DNA of 64,000 bases from Octopus sinensis. Taxonomy: Eukaryota. A program made the position numbers and the translations under genes. Each line of letters opens with the position of its first letter. Position 1 is the stretch's first letter. The notes below the pieces were generated by a model. That model was given only the letters and a program-made list of their open reading frames with translations, had not been told where the DNA came from and made no database searches. This document shows, one piece after another, positions 14,428 through 27,869 of this stretch. The stretch covers positions 89,900,001 through 89,964,000 of the forward strand of contig NC_043002.1 of assembly GCF_006345805.1 (NCBI RefSeq). Reading direction: 5' to 3'.

Positions 14428-14460
<33 letters not shown>

Positions 14461-14463
<3 letters not shown>

Positions 14464-14598
14464 CTGGAGTAAACACATAAATGTGAAACAAGGTAGAAAA
14501 AAGAGTACTCAAATACCAGGGGTAGAGTAATATGCTTTATTTAAAAGCAGCAGAAATTTAACAAAAGCTGTTACTCGGAGTTTCACATACCCGTTCGT
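14461..14598 (-). mobile_element. PLE-type tail cassette with a truncated hammerhead
   Basis: Minus strand ACGA-ACG GGTA TGT-GAAA-CTCCGAG-TA-ACAGC (14567-14598), truncated inside the CTGANGA core. A tail with AATAAA follows and joins (TA)n at ~14460. Confidence 0.5.
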
Positions 14599-15261
14599 GT
14601 GTTTATATATACATAAACACACACACATATATGTGCACACACACACACACATGCACAGACTTTGTGTATTTTAGTGCAAATATTCTTTCAAGTATCCTGG
14701 CTGAGTCCTTCTTCAATATCATGATGTCTGGGATATTTCTATCGTGCAGATATGGACTGGATAGTACCACATGTGCCACTCATTTCAATCCTGTGTCAAC
14801 TTGTATGTCACATTTATCATCTTGATGTCTGATCTTACCATTGCTTTTTATGTCTCTGTTGACCTTTCTCTCCCAGTATTCTTCAATCATTTTTCCATTC
14901 CATCTCAGATCCCCTCCTGCAATACTTTGGTCAATTCCTTTAATGTTCATTCTTTCATCTAACCTTTTCGTCTCCACTTTTCTTACAACTTAATATTGTA
15001 AACTTAGAGGTTCTTATTACCAACCTCTGCTGTGCGTTCTGTATTTAGTTATCCATAACTTATTGCTTTGATATATTGAACTTCTAATGTAGGCTTCCGA
15101 GAAAGAGAAAGATTTTTCTTACTGACTGACAGAAGTATCTTGAACTTATTTCATTACACTTGTTTCTAAATCTTTTAATGTATTTTTACTACAAGCAAAT
15201 CCATGTAGCACACTATTACAAGAGAATCATATGGCAATTTCAAGGATTTCATTGCTAACAC

Positions 15262-15312
<51 letters not shown>

Positions 15313-15998
15313 CGCGTGTGTGTGTGTGTGTGTGTATGTTTTTTCTCCCATCCACCACCACTTGACTTGGTCTGTTTTGAAGTCCTTGTAACTTAGCGGT
15401 TTGACAAAAGAGAATAATAGAATAAATACCAGGCTTTAAAAAATAAGGACTGGGGTTAATTCATTTGACTAAGAGAAATTCTTGAAGGTGGTGCCCCAGC
15501 ATGGCCAGAGTCTAATGATTGAAACAAGTAAAAGATAAAAAATAAAAGATACTCCTGGAGAACCTCAAGAGGTCTGAACCCTCTTTGACACCTTTCTGGC
15601 AACCCCAGGGAAGTGGAGCTGTCTAGCCTTCTGAGGCAATTCACCAAAGAGAAGGCCACTCAACCTACAGCTTGCTGGTCATCACAGCCACCTTAACCTG
15701 TTGGGCCACTGAAGTCAGACTTCCAAATCTAAAGAGTAGGACTGGATTGTCTTCACTGACTCTCACTTTAAGTACAGATGAGAAGAAATGCTTTATAGCA
15801 TCAAGGATTGATTTACGTAGCTACTTGAGGACATACTACTCTTCCTCATGATCTTTGGGCATGAAAGAAGCTGCCATCACTCTTGCACATTCATCACATT
15901 GTATTAATTTGCTAGAGATCCCATTGCATCTTTTGAAACTCATTGAAGCTGAGTCCAGTAACTGGTTTGGCGTCTTAAGGACAACAATTTAACTTTCT

Positions 15999-16100
15999 TT
16001 GTATTATTCTATTATCAATTCACATAAGGTAAGAATTGCATTCTCTAACACTACAAATATATCGCAAATTATTGCTTCCCATAATAACAAGCTACTAAAC
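15999..16100 (+). mobile_element. Fragment of a related Naiad-type PLE (thumb/linker region)
   Basis: YYSIINSHKVRIAFSNTTNISQIIASHNNKLLN aligns with YYSIINSHKVRIGFSNTKNLLQIISSHNNKLLN at ~49450-49545. An Asn/Ser-rich stretch follows in both copies. Confidence 0.85.
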
Positions 16101-16340
16101 AAAGATTCTTCACCCGGGGGTTCCAACACTATTCTTAACAATTCCAACCAAACATACAATAATAATAATAGAAATAGTATTGATAGTACCAACATTAATA
16201 GTATTGATAGTACCAACATTAATAGTAATAGTATTGATAGTACCATACCCTGTCTTCTCATATCAAGTAAAGTTATATCTAAATTCCATTGGAACTACAA
16301 GCTTCCTATTTCTAACTATGATTGCATTCATTGATTGTGT

Positions 16341-16385
<45 letters not shown>

Positions 16386-17689
16386 GTGTGTCTTTGTGTC
16401 TGTATCTGTCCCCCACCACCACTTGAAAACTGGTGTTGGTGCGTTTATGTCCCTGCAACTTAGCAGTTTGGCATAAGAGACCAATAGAAATAAATATCAA
16501 GCTTAAAAAGAAAAAAGGTTTTGGTTTTGATTAGTTCACCCCCAAATTCCCCAAGGTAGTGCCCCAATATGTTTAATGACTGAAACAAGTAAAAGATTAA
16601 AAAAATAAAAGATATTCTCAGTTGGTCATACTTAAGAATCCAGCATGAAAGCATAATGACTCTTCAGATGGGACTCTATAGAGGAGGTGCCTGACGACCC
16701 TGCTTTCATGGCCCTCCAAAAGGAATAGTAAGTGATAAAAATGGATTGTTGGATGTTTGTTAGCAATATTACGAAATAAAAAAAAAAATCCAGGTTTTCT
16801 TTCTTTGTAACCCAGTTAAAGATGGTGTTTGACAATGCTTCTTTGATTTATCATAACATATTATGCAACCTTACTACAAAAATTGTTTTCATGTACTTGT
16901 GTGACAAAACAAAACACATTGCCAAAGGGTACAGATTACCTAGAATGGGCTCCTGTTAATTCTTTATCTTTGTGCTAGCATTCATTCGACAATAACCACA
17001 GAAATCCTTCTGTTGTCTATCATATAGCACTGGTTCATTTTACGTTATGCCAAACCACAATTTAGCCCTTTTGTAAACCAGAAAACTCTCTTGCTTCTTT
17101 CATTCAATGAACTGTATTTTGAATCACAATAAAGAATAGCAGATACAAGTGCAAATTGTGAAATAGATGAATGGTTAAAGTTACACAATAGAAGTTTTTG
17201 TTTACTTTTTTATTGTGTGTGTGGGTGTGTGTGTGGATATGTGTATGTATATTTGTTCTTACATCCACACACATAAACACATGGGAGAAGACAGAAATGT
17301 CAACGATAGTAACATCGTTTATGAATATTTACAGTGGGAAGAAAATAATCTTGTATCCAAGAAGAATCTTGATCTCTCACAGTGACATAGTAAACTTGTG
17401 TTAACCAGTGGAAATAGATCTGTAGTCATTGACCTCTAGTAGGGTATATTTGAATCAATCATGTGTTTCCTGTATATGGGTAAATATATATGTAGGTTTG
17501 AATGCCTCTCTATACACAAACATCTATATGAATTGTGTGCATACATCAAATATACCACCAGCCCAACCATCACCACCAACTGCTGTCACTACCATCATTG
17601 CTGCCTCCACTGCTGCCAACACCACCACTGTTGTTTGTCATCATCATCATCATCATCATCATTTTTCATCCGTTTTTCCATACATGCAC

Positions 17690-18030
17690 TTGTTGAACAG
17701 GTTTTCTCCAACATATCATCTCCTCACATGTTGCTTTCCTTCATCGCCTTTGTTAAAATTCAACATCCTGGGGTCAATCAGCTTTTTGTCTCTTCCTACC
17801 AAGTCTTCACCAATCTTCCACTTCTATAAGTTCTTTCCACATGGATTTCTTGGCACTTCTGTACCCATCTGTCATCTTCCATATATATCATGTCCCTGTT
17901 GGTGCACTTTTCTCTCTTGCAGACTGCATCTGATACTTGCACCCATTTTTTTCTTTAAGCTTATATGTATGCCATTGTTCTTGCCTGGTAACATTATCCA
18001 TCCTAGCTGAGCATGTTCACTTCATTTCTT
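17690..18030 (-). mobile_element. Degenerate RTE 3' ORF remnant
   Basis: Minus-strand remnants resemble NExxML, IxxxxQxxRL and VExxxxxGRxxKTW. A (GAT)n-type tail lies at 17640-17660. Confidence 0.4.
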
Positions 18031-18909
18031 TCTAGTCTTTCTAGTATTACCAAATCCTCTGCATTCATTTCACTACTGTACAAGCATTGTGCTCCATACA
18101 GATATGCAACAGAAGATGTTTTATACTAATGTACTTACACTGAGCATGATACACAGATGGCTATTTTAAACTAATACTGCATCCAGCTGTAGAAACCATG
18201 CCAAAGCAGACAGCAGAGCTTGGTGCTGTCTTCTGAATTGCCAACTCCTGTCAAACCATCAAACCCATATGAGCATAGAAAATGGACATTAAAGGATGAT
18301 GATGATACAGTTCTATATTTAAGAGATGAGGAATTATGTACATTATTTACATTATGTTGAAACGTTGTGTTAACAACAAACAAGATGAGGACAAATATCC
18401 ATTGAATGTAAATGTAAATAACGTAGATGATGATAATGTTGTATATATTATTGTTGGTTTGTCCTCATTACACCGCAAGGAGCACGGGGTTGGTTTCCCT
18501 ATTTCTCTGATGTGTACATTCCTCTCTGGCTGGGGTGCTGGTATATCACAGGATTACTATGATTTACCAGCTGAGTGGACTAGAGTAACGTGAAATGAAG
18601 TGTTTTGCTCAAGAGCACAATGCATCACCCAGTCCAGGATTTGAAACCACAATGTTACGATTATGACGCTGACACCCTTACCACTAAGCCATGTGCTTCT
18701 ACATATATAATGATTGTTGAATGTAACTAAATAAGGAATTATCTATGAAGTAGATAAACAGTTTGCAAGACAAAGAAGACATAACATGTGAATTGTCTAA
18801 GATTAAATTTTAAGAAAAAATGTAGCAACAAGAAACTATAAAAAATATAAATATAGAAAAAAGATAAGTGTGAAAATAAAATATAAAAATGGAGAAAACT
18901 TGTAGTTGT

Positions 18910-19270
18910 GTGTCTATAATAATGTGTGTATGTGTGTGTGTGTAAAATTTGTTTTTCTATAGTTGTGTATGTCTAATATGTGTGCATGTGTGTGTGTGTT
19001 TCTATAAAATTTGTGTGTTTCTGCATTTGTGTATATCTAATATGTGTGCATCTGTGTGTGTGTGTGTGTTTGTGTGGGTGTATAAAATTTGTGTGATTCT
19101 GTATTTGTGTGTGTGTGTGTGTGTGTGTGTAGGTGTGTCTATAAAATTGGTGTGTTTCTATATTTGTGTATGTCTGTAATATGTGTATGTGTGTGACTAT
19201 AAAATTTGTGTTTTTGTGTTTATGTACCTCTGTAATATGTGTGTGCGTCTGTGTGTGTGTGTGTGTGTCT
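18910..19270. repeat. Minisatellite of TATAAAATTTGTGTG-anchored units with embedded (GT)n
   Basis: Five to six recurrences of the (T)ATAAAATTTGT motif at ~55-80 bp spacing. Confidence 0.7.
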
Positions 19271-20086
19271 GTATGCGTGTGCATATTTGAATGATTATTT
19301 AAATCTGTGTTTGTGGATATGATTGTGTAGATGTGTGTGTGTGTGTGTGTATGCTGGACAATGTCTATACACATGTTCACCTGAAGTGACGTACGTTAAT
19401 GTTAGTATGAATGAATGTGAACAACGCTATGTAATTAGCACACTCTGCCCCCTATGTTTTGCTCTCCCACTGTGCATGTGTGTGCGTGTGTGCGTGTGTG
19501 CATGTGTGCGTGTGCGCGTGCGTGCGCGCGCGCGCGCGCTCGCGTGTGTGTTTCTGTTTGCGTGCATGTGTATGCCTTGAAAGGAAGTATGAACACTTGT
19601 TATAAGGTGAAACTCTCTGGGTCAAGGTTTCTATTGGTGTCCGAACCAAAATTGTGAAATCCGGGGTCACAGTATTCTTTGTTCTAAGTCATTTATGTGT
19701 GGTAACTACACGATGAAATATCAACTACATGTGTGTGTCTGTCGACTCATGCACACACACACACACATACAGAGTGGTATATATGCTTCTTAATATAGCA
19801 TCTATCATGTTTGTATCATATATATATATATATTGCCATCATCATAATCATCACCATGATCCTTATAATTTAATGTTCACTTTTTCTATGCTTAGATGGG
19901 TCAGAAGGAGTTTGTCGAAGCAGATTTTATTCCTGGACCAGTTGTCCTTTCTGTTTGCCAAACCCTTGCCTGTTTCCAAGCAAGGTAATATTTCCTTATG
20001 ACCAGACATGTTTTCAAGGAAAACTGGAAATGAACAACACCATCTGTATGACAGTGGTATTCATTTACAATCATCACAAGACAAAG

Positions 20087-20118
<32 letters not shown>

Positions 20119-22510
20119 TTTCATCTAGCAAATCCACTCACAAGGCTTTGGTTGGCTCAGCGTTATTGTGAAAGACACTTGCCCAAAATACTAAGTAGTA
20201 TTATTGAACCCAATGAGATATGGTTTGGAAGCAAGCTTCTCTACCATATAACTATGCAAGCATTCGTATATATACATATATTATACACCTGTCTGCTGAT
20301 GTAGCTTGGATACTAAAGATTGTGTCATATTGCCATTTCCAGGTGGACTTAAAGTCTAAGAATAACAAATGGGAAGTGGAATCTTGTACCTTTTGCTTGT
20401 TTCAGTCATTTGACTGTGGCCATACTGGGGCACCTTATTCTTCATCCAAAGATTTTTGCTGGAATGAAGTGAAAGATCACTTCAATCAAGAATGATTATC
20501 TTATCACAAATTCAATTTCTCGTTTGAAGTCTTATTTTTGTACATACAATGACAACGATGCACACAAGCCTGTAGGTGTGAGCTTCAGTTTTGAAGACTT
20601 TATTTCATATAGCACAGGTCAGCTTATCTTTTCTCAGACTATATTATCATCACTGATTAGGTTTCATTCAGATGTGCATACTAATTAAAACTCTTAGCAG
20701 TTATCCAGTGCTGCAACTGGTTACAACAGAAAGCTATATGATCTCATGATGTCTTTCTTCACAAACACACACACACACATGCATACATATGTGTGTGTGT
20801 ACATACATACATACGTACTTACATGCATACATATATGTGTGTGCATATAGTTATGTGTGTGTGTATCGTCATCATCATCAACTTCATTAAACATCCATTT
20901 TCAATGATGAGATGGGTTGGACAGTTTGAGAGGACCTGGCCAGCTGGAGAGCTACCCAGGCTCCAATCATCTGTTTTGGCAAGGCTTCTATGACTGGATG
21001 CCCTTCCTAATGCCAACCACTTTACAGAGTGGTACCAGCATGGACGCTCTTACATGGCACTGGCATTGTCACCATGGGATCTTTACATCGTACCTGTATG
21101 GCTGTTTTTATGTGACATTGGCACAGGCAGTTTTAGGTGACACTGGCTTGGGCACTTTTATATGGCACGACGGGTGCTTTTACACTGCGCCAGCATGGGT
21201 GCTTTTATGTGGGCTCTTTTATGTGGTACTGACACCTACAAGCCTTTATGACTAGGATCTCTCAACTGAGAGACGGGTTTATATATAAAACACCAATAAC
21301 TCACACAAATCTCTTTCTACCCTAGAGATTTCTCTCTTTGAGCAAAAGGTAGATTGTATGATGTGTATGTATGAAGTATGAAGTTGCATTGTAATGATAT
21401 GTGGATACTGAATGTAGAAGATGTACAAAAGCTGCAGAGAAAGGAAGCAAGCAAGCTCTACTGGATGTATAATGTTAGGGCACGTGAATGATGAAGCACA
21501 GATGAGCTGAGAGATGTAGGTAGCCAAGGAACCACTTATAATATATATGAGAGATAACTGCATTGGTATGGACATGTAAACTTGCTACAGCTCATATAAC
21601 GAAGCAACAATGATGTAAATAATTATGCACTGATGCAGTACAAGGCAATGGCTCTCATGGCTTCTGATCTTAACTGATTGGAAGTGTTATCATGTACATT
21701 GTTTTGTCTTGGTATAAAAGATGGGCCACAGCAAATATTCTGCTCAATACCACAGATTTGCTTGTCTGTTGCTTGACCATAACATGTTGAGCATGTCCCT
21801 TAGTTGCTGATGATATATGCATCTCTGATCATGAACGGAAGTAGTGGGGGAGCATCATAGTCATGTATTGAGAGGAATTCTTTGGGGTTTGGATCATTCA
21901 CCTCTGGAAACATGGGTGTTTCGTTCATCATCCTTAAACAACCTTTATTCAGGGACCTTTTGAGCAAATTGGGCTACTCAACCTGAAGAAAATTCTAACT
22001 GGGCCCTACCTGTAAGGTCATGTACTGTTTATTTTGATATGAGATCACTATGTTGCGCACATATGGTTGTGATGCATGTGCCTGGTGTACCCTTATCAGA
22101 TGGGTAGTCATAATGGGTATACTGGGCTTCGTATATTTTACTCCATTGTCACTTTGATGGCATGCACTGCTTTCTAACTCAATAATAATAATAATAATAA
22201 TAATTGTTCTAATTTTGGCACCAGACCAGTAATTCTGAGGGGAGAGGGCAAGTTGATTACCTCAACTGCAGTATTTAACTGGTACATTTTTATTGACCCC
22301 GCAAAAGGACGAAAGGCAATTTTGGCAGAAGGTCAGCCATTTTAGGGTGAGGTAGTGGTCAATTATGCTGACCTAAGTACTTGACTGGTACTTTATGATG
22401 AAAGTTGACCTTGCTTGGATTTGAAATCAGAATGTAAAGAGCTGGAAGAATTATGGCAAAACATTTTTCTAATGCTCTAATGATCCTGTCTGCTTGCTGC
22501 CTGCATCATG

Positions 22511-22555
<45 letters not shown>

Positions 22556-22564
22556 GTAATAATA

Positions 22565-22619
<55 letters not shown>

Positions 22620-22690
22620 TGATGATAATAATAATAATGATAATAATAATAATGATAACAACAACAACAACAACAACAATAATAATAATA

Positions 22691-22725
<35 letters not shown>

Positions 22726-25001
22726 GTTTTCAAATTTTGGCACAAGGCCATAATAATGATGATGATGATGATGATGATGATTTCTTAAAAAATTTCTGAC
22801 CTTGGCTCAAAGCCATAAATTTGTGGTGAGGGAATAGTCTCAATTATATTGACCTCAGGAAGATGAAAGGCAAACTTGACCTTGGTTTGGTTTGAACTCA
22901 GAATGTAAAGAGCCATAACCAATTACTGCAGGCATTTAATCAATTGCACAAATGAGTTTGCCAATCTCACCACCCTGACAATAACCACTACACCAGTTCA
23001 TCATTTTCTCCTTCCTTACTTTAATACTGTATCTTTTTAATCCAAGTCACTTTTCATCAGCCTCTTCTTATTGTTCTCTCTCCCCTTCTTTCAAATGGTC
23101 AAGTGGTGTTTGATCATTATACTTTTCTGGAAACACTCCAGTAATTTTTTTCCCCCCTTTCAATACTAATTCCACAATGTTTCTGTTACAAATTAGCAGC
23201 ATAGCAACGAACTTTAATATTTTAGAATGATTCTGTTACAGATTAGCAACATAATCCTTATTTTTGAATGCTTCTTTTACAAAGTAGCTGCATGAACCTT
23301 TCATATATATATTTTTTCCCTTGCAAATAATTCCCCAACATCTCATTATTGTATTTGGTTTGCAAGATTCACGATGTGAACTTGTGTTGAAGCTGCTTTT
23401 GTTGTATACTGGAAAAGTCATTAAAGGATAAAGGATAAAAGCCCCCTTTCATCATGTATGACCATGGGATTGCACCTAGAAAGTTACCCTCTGAGGCACA
23501 AGTCTGGGCAAGATTCTTTCATGTAAGAGCAGCAGTTACCCATGCATACCAATCTTCCTTCTCCATGCCAACAATGATATCCAAGGGAAACGCAAAGGCT
23601 GATACACCTTGGCACCAGTGATATTGCAACTCATTTCTACTGCTGAGTGAACTGGAGCAACATGAAATAAAGTGTCTTGCTCAAGAACACAACACACAGC
23701 CTGGCCTGGGAATTGAACTCACTACCTCATAATTGTGAGCCTGACACTCTAACCACTGAGCCATGCACCTTCATAAGGAGGCCATGTGCCAATAATAAAC
23801 ACTTGCAATGAAAGGCAGTGACCTGGCAGAACTGTTAGCATGCTGGGCAAAATGCTTAGCAGCATTTTGTCTGTCTTTACATTCTGAGTTCAAATTCTGA
23901 TGAGGTTGTCTTTGCCTTTCATCCTTTCAGGGTTACTAAAATAAGTACCAGTTGCACACTGGGATTGATGTAATTATCTTACCTCCCCGCCCCCGAAAAT
24001 TTGCTGGTCTTGTGCCAAAGTTTGAAATCAATATACACACGCATTGATTCAATTTTACTTCTTTATTATTCATAAATTGCTTAGCTATTTAACCAACTTA
24101 CCGATTGATTGATTAATCTCTCAGTTAATCACCCAATCAGTTGTGTTTGTCAAAGTCCTTTTGTCACCGTTTGTGACCTCTTCAATGACATGGCTTTACT
24201 CTTGATCAGCTTCAGGTCTGACTGCCTGTCATTTACTTTAAGGTTCAACATTTATGCAGCTGCATGGATGTGATTAAGAATATTTGTACAATATTGAACC
24301 TAAAACTAAGACACATACACCTAAAGTCGACCTGGAGTTGGGAGGGAAACTCATTGAAGTGCTTGTGAATAATAAATAATTCTCAACATCAATTTTCATT
24401 TTCGTTTCTGTATTCACCTTTGACCTATTTCCCTTATTACAATTTTACCTTAACATCTTTTACAATTAGCTTGGATAGACAAGGTCTCTAAATAAATATA
24501 TATATATATACCAATATGATTTTAATACTTTGGTTTGTTATCGCTTTTTAACCCTTCTAAAGTTTACTATATTGACTGGTGTGATATTTGGGAAAAATAG
24601 ATTGTAACAATAGAATGAATACTGATGTTGATGGAATGAAGATGAATCAATGTTTATTAAATCTTTGTAAATTATTCATTGCTGCCAAGATAATACTAGG
24701 TGTGATGGTTTGGTAAAACAAAAGGAAAATTAGAAAAGGAAAGTTCTGTTCATAGTTGTTATGTATGTATGTTTTGTCTTTTACTAGTTTCAATTATTAG
24801 ACTGTGGCTATGCTGGAGCGCTGCCCTGAAGAAATTTTTTTAGTCGAATGTATCAACCCCAGTACTAATTTTTTTTTTAAAGCTTGGTACTTGTTCTATT
24901 GTTCTCTTTTGCTGAACTGCAAAGTTATGGAGATGTAAACACACCAACATCAGGTGTCAAGCAGTGGTGGGGGACAAACAGACACAAAGACACACACACA
25001 G

Positions 25002-25035
<34 letters not shown>

Positions 25036-25038
<3 letters not shown>

Positions 25039-25333
25039 CGTGATCGACCAGGCTATCAGATGTTGCTACACACTGCTGGTCACAATGCGCTTCACATAGT
25101 TTTAGCCTTCAAATGACGCCACCCCGCTGGCTAAGCGAGCAGGCCAACAGAAGAAAGAGTGAGAGAGAGTTGTGGCAAAAGAGTACAGCAGGGATTGCCA
25201 CCACCCCCTGCTGGAGCCTTGAGGAGCTTTAGGTGTTTTTGCTCAATAAACACTCACAACACCCGGTCTGGGAATCGAAACCACGATTCTACAACCGCGA
25301 GTCCGCTGCCCTAACCACTGGGCCATTGCGCCT

Positions 25334-25337
<4 letters not shown>
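25036..25337 (-). mobile_element. tRNA-derived SINE (family D subtype)
   Basis: Minus head GGAGGCGCAATGGCCCAGTGGTTAGGGCAGCGGAC...GTTTCGATTCC. A near-identical copy lies at 33991-34300. Confidence 0.85.
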
Positions 25338-25383
<46 letters not shown>

Positions 25384-25397
25384 GTATATATATGTAT

Positions 25398-25484
<87 letters not shown>

Positions 25485-25551
25485 CACATGACAGGCTTCT
25501 TTCAGTTTCCATCAACCAAATTCTCTGACAAGGTTTTGGTTGGCTTGAGGC

Positions 25552-25590
<39 letters not shown>

Positions 25591-26233
25591 ATGTTTGTGT
25601 ATGTGCGTGTGTGTGTGTTTTTGTGTCTATGTTTGTTCCCCCACCTCCACTTGACAACCGGTGTTGGTGTATTTGTATCCTTGTAACCTAATGGTTCTGC
25701 AAAAGAGATCAATAGAATAAGTATTAAGCTTAAAAAAAAACGATGTACTGGGGTTGATTCATTCAACTAAAAAAAAAAAAAATCCAAAGTGATGCCCCAG
25801 CATGGCCACAGTCTAATGACTGAAAATAAAAAAAATACTTCACCCCCACCCTCCAAAGGACTGCATAGGTGTGTGAGTACATATTCAAATGAGTCTGAAT
25901 ATGGTACTATAACTGTGGGATGTTTAGGTTCAATTCTTGATTTCTGATATGTGTTTTGTTGTTGTTGTTTAGCCATAGGCAGGTACTGGTTGAGCAGACC
26001 TATAATAAAAGACATTTCGGTCATGACCATCTTTCTGATTTATTTAGGAATAATGTACTGTGGACTATATTTTACAATATTTCTTTATTTAAGTTATCTG
26101 AAGGAGATTGACTGCTATTTCTAGCAGGTTGGATGACCATTAGAGGCTTTATCATTGGTATGTTTAGTGTGTGTGCATGTGTGTATGTGTGTGTGTGTGC
26201 ATGTGTGTATGTGTGTGTGTGTGAGGCAAAGAG

Positions 26234-26331
<98 letters not shown>

Positions 26332-27289
26332 GAAAGAAAATGGAGAAAAAAGATAAAATTGTGATTCTGTAAATGGTTGTAGAATTTACTTATTAAGCAT
26401 TATTGGAATGACATAATGGATAGAAAGTTCTGGAAAAGAGGAGAAAGACCATACAAAACGATTGGCTAGCTTTATTCTTTGGATTACTTAATATTTCTCT
26501 AACAGTGAATGACATTGGAATAGATCAGAATATCGTCTTTTATATTTATTTATCTCTTTTTTCTTCTTTTTTCTCTCTTCTCAATGAACAAGAAATTTCT
26601 CGCACATTTTCATCTATTTCTTTATTCATCAATTTTTACCTATTTTCAGTCATTTCCATAATTCTATTTAACATTACTTCTTCACCCAAGCGGCATTGAT
26701 TTTTCAAATTTTGGCACAAGGCCACCAATTTTTTTTGGGGGAGGGGGAAAAGTCAATTACATCAACTGGTACTTATTTTATTGACCTTAAGAAGATGAAA
26801 GGCAAAGTCAACCTTGGCAGTACTTGAAGTTAAAACACCAAGATGGACAAAATGTCACTAAGCATTTTGCCCAGTCTGCTAATGATTCTGTCAGCACACC
26901 GCCTTCATCATCATCATCATCATCATCATCATCGTTTAACGTCTGTTTTCCGCACTAGCACGGGTTGGACGGTTCAACCGGGGTCTGGGAAGCCAGGTGG
27001 CTGCATCAGGTTCCAGTCTGATCTGGCAGAGTTTCTACAGCTGGATGCCCTTCCTAACGCCAACCACTCCGCGAGTGTAGTGGGTGCTTTTTACGTGCCA
27101 CCTGCACAGGTGCCAGGGGGGTCCGGCATCGGCCACAATCGGTTGGAGCTTTTAACGTGCCACCAGCATGGGAGCCAGCCAAGGCGGCGCTGGCAACGGC
27201 CACGTTCGGATGGTGCTTTTTATGTGCCACCGGCACAGAAGCCAGTCGGGGCGGTGCTGGCATCGGCCACATTCGGATAGTGCAAAAAA

Positions 27290-27546
27290 ATAAATAAATG
27301 CACCGTTTTAAAGCCTAGCCAGGCTCATGGGCCCAGTTTCCCAGTTTCTATGGCATATGTATTCCCCAGCTGGATGGGACGCCAGTCCATCACAGCGTTA
27401 CTCATTTTTGCCAGCTGAGTGGACTGGAGCAACGTGAAATGAAGTGTTTTGCTCAAGAACACAACGCATCACCCAGTCCTGGAATCGAAAACACAATCTT
27501 ATGATCATGGTGCTGACACCCTAACCACTAAGCTATGTGCCTCCAC
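27290..27546 (-). mobile_element. tRNA-derived SINE (family D subtype)
   Basis: It has an A/B-box head and a TTGAGCAAAACACTT core-like motif. Related copies lie at ~18440-18700 and ~23415-23772. Confidence 0.75.
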
Positions 27547-27869
27547 TTTAATAATGATAATAATAATAATCCTTTCTACTGAAGGCACAAGGCCTGAAAT
27601 TTGTGGGTGGGGATTAGTCGATTACGTGAACCCCTGTGTTTTTGCTGGTACTTAATTTATTGACCCCGAAAGGATGAAAGGCAAATTTGACCTCAGCGGA
27701 ATTTGAACTCAGGATAATAGCTCTTCTATACTGTCTTTGGCCTGAACAGCCACCTCAAGCATTGGCACCCTTTGCACCCATCAAGATGAAGAGGCTCTAT
27801 CATTTGCTACAGATTAACTATGTGGATACAAGTTAATGCCACTGCCACCAACACCTATGATGGTAAGTG

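Noticed and set aside
21550-22200. Possible ~600-bp dispersed repeat ending in (AAT)n
   Set aside because: It seems familiar from cephalopod genomes but is single copy here, and no motif supports a call without a database search.
25260-25337. tRNA genes at SINE heads (also 34225-34300 and 41610-41684)
   Set aside because: A/B boxes are present, but the sequences run into SINE bodies and no complete cloverleaf acceptor stem was found.
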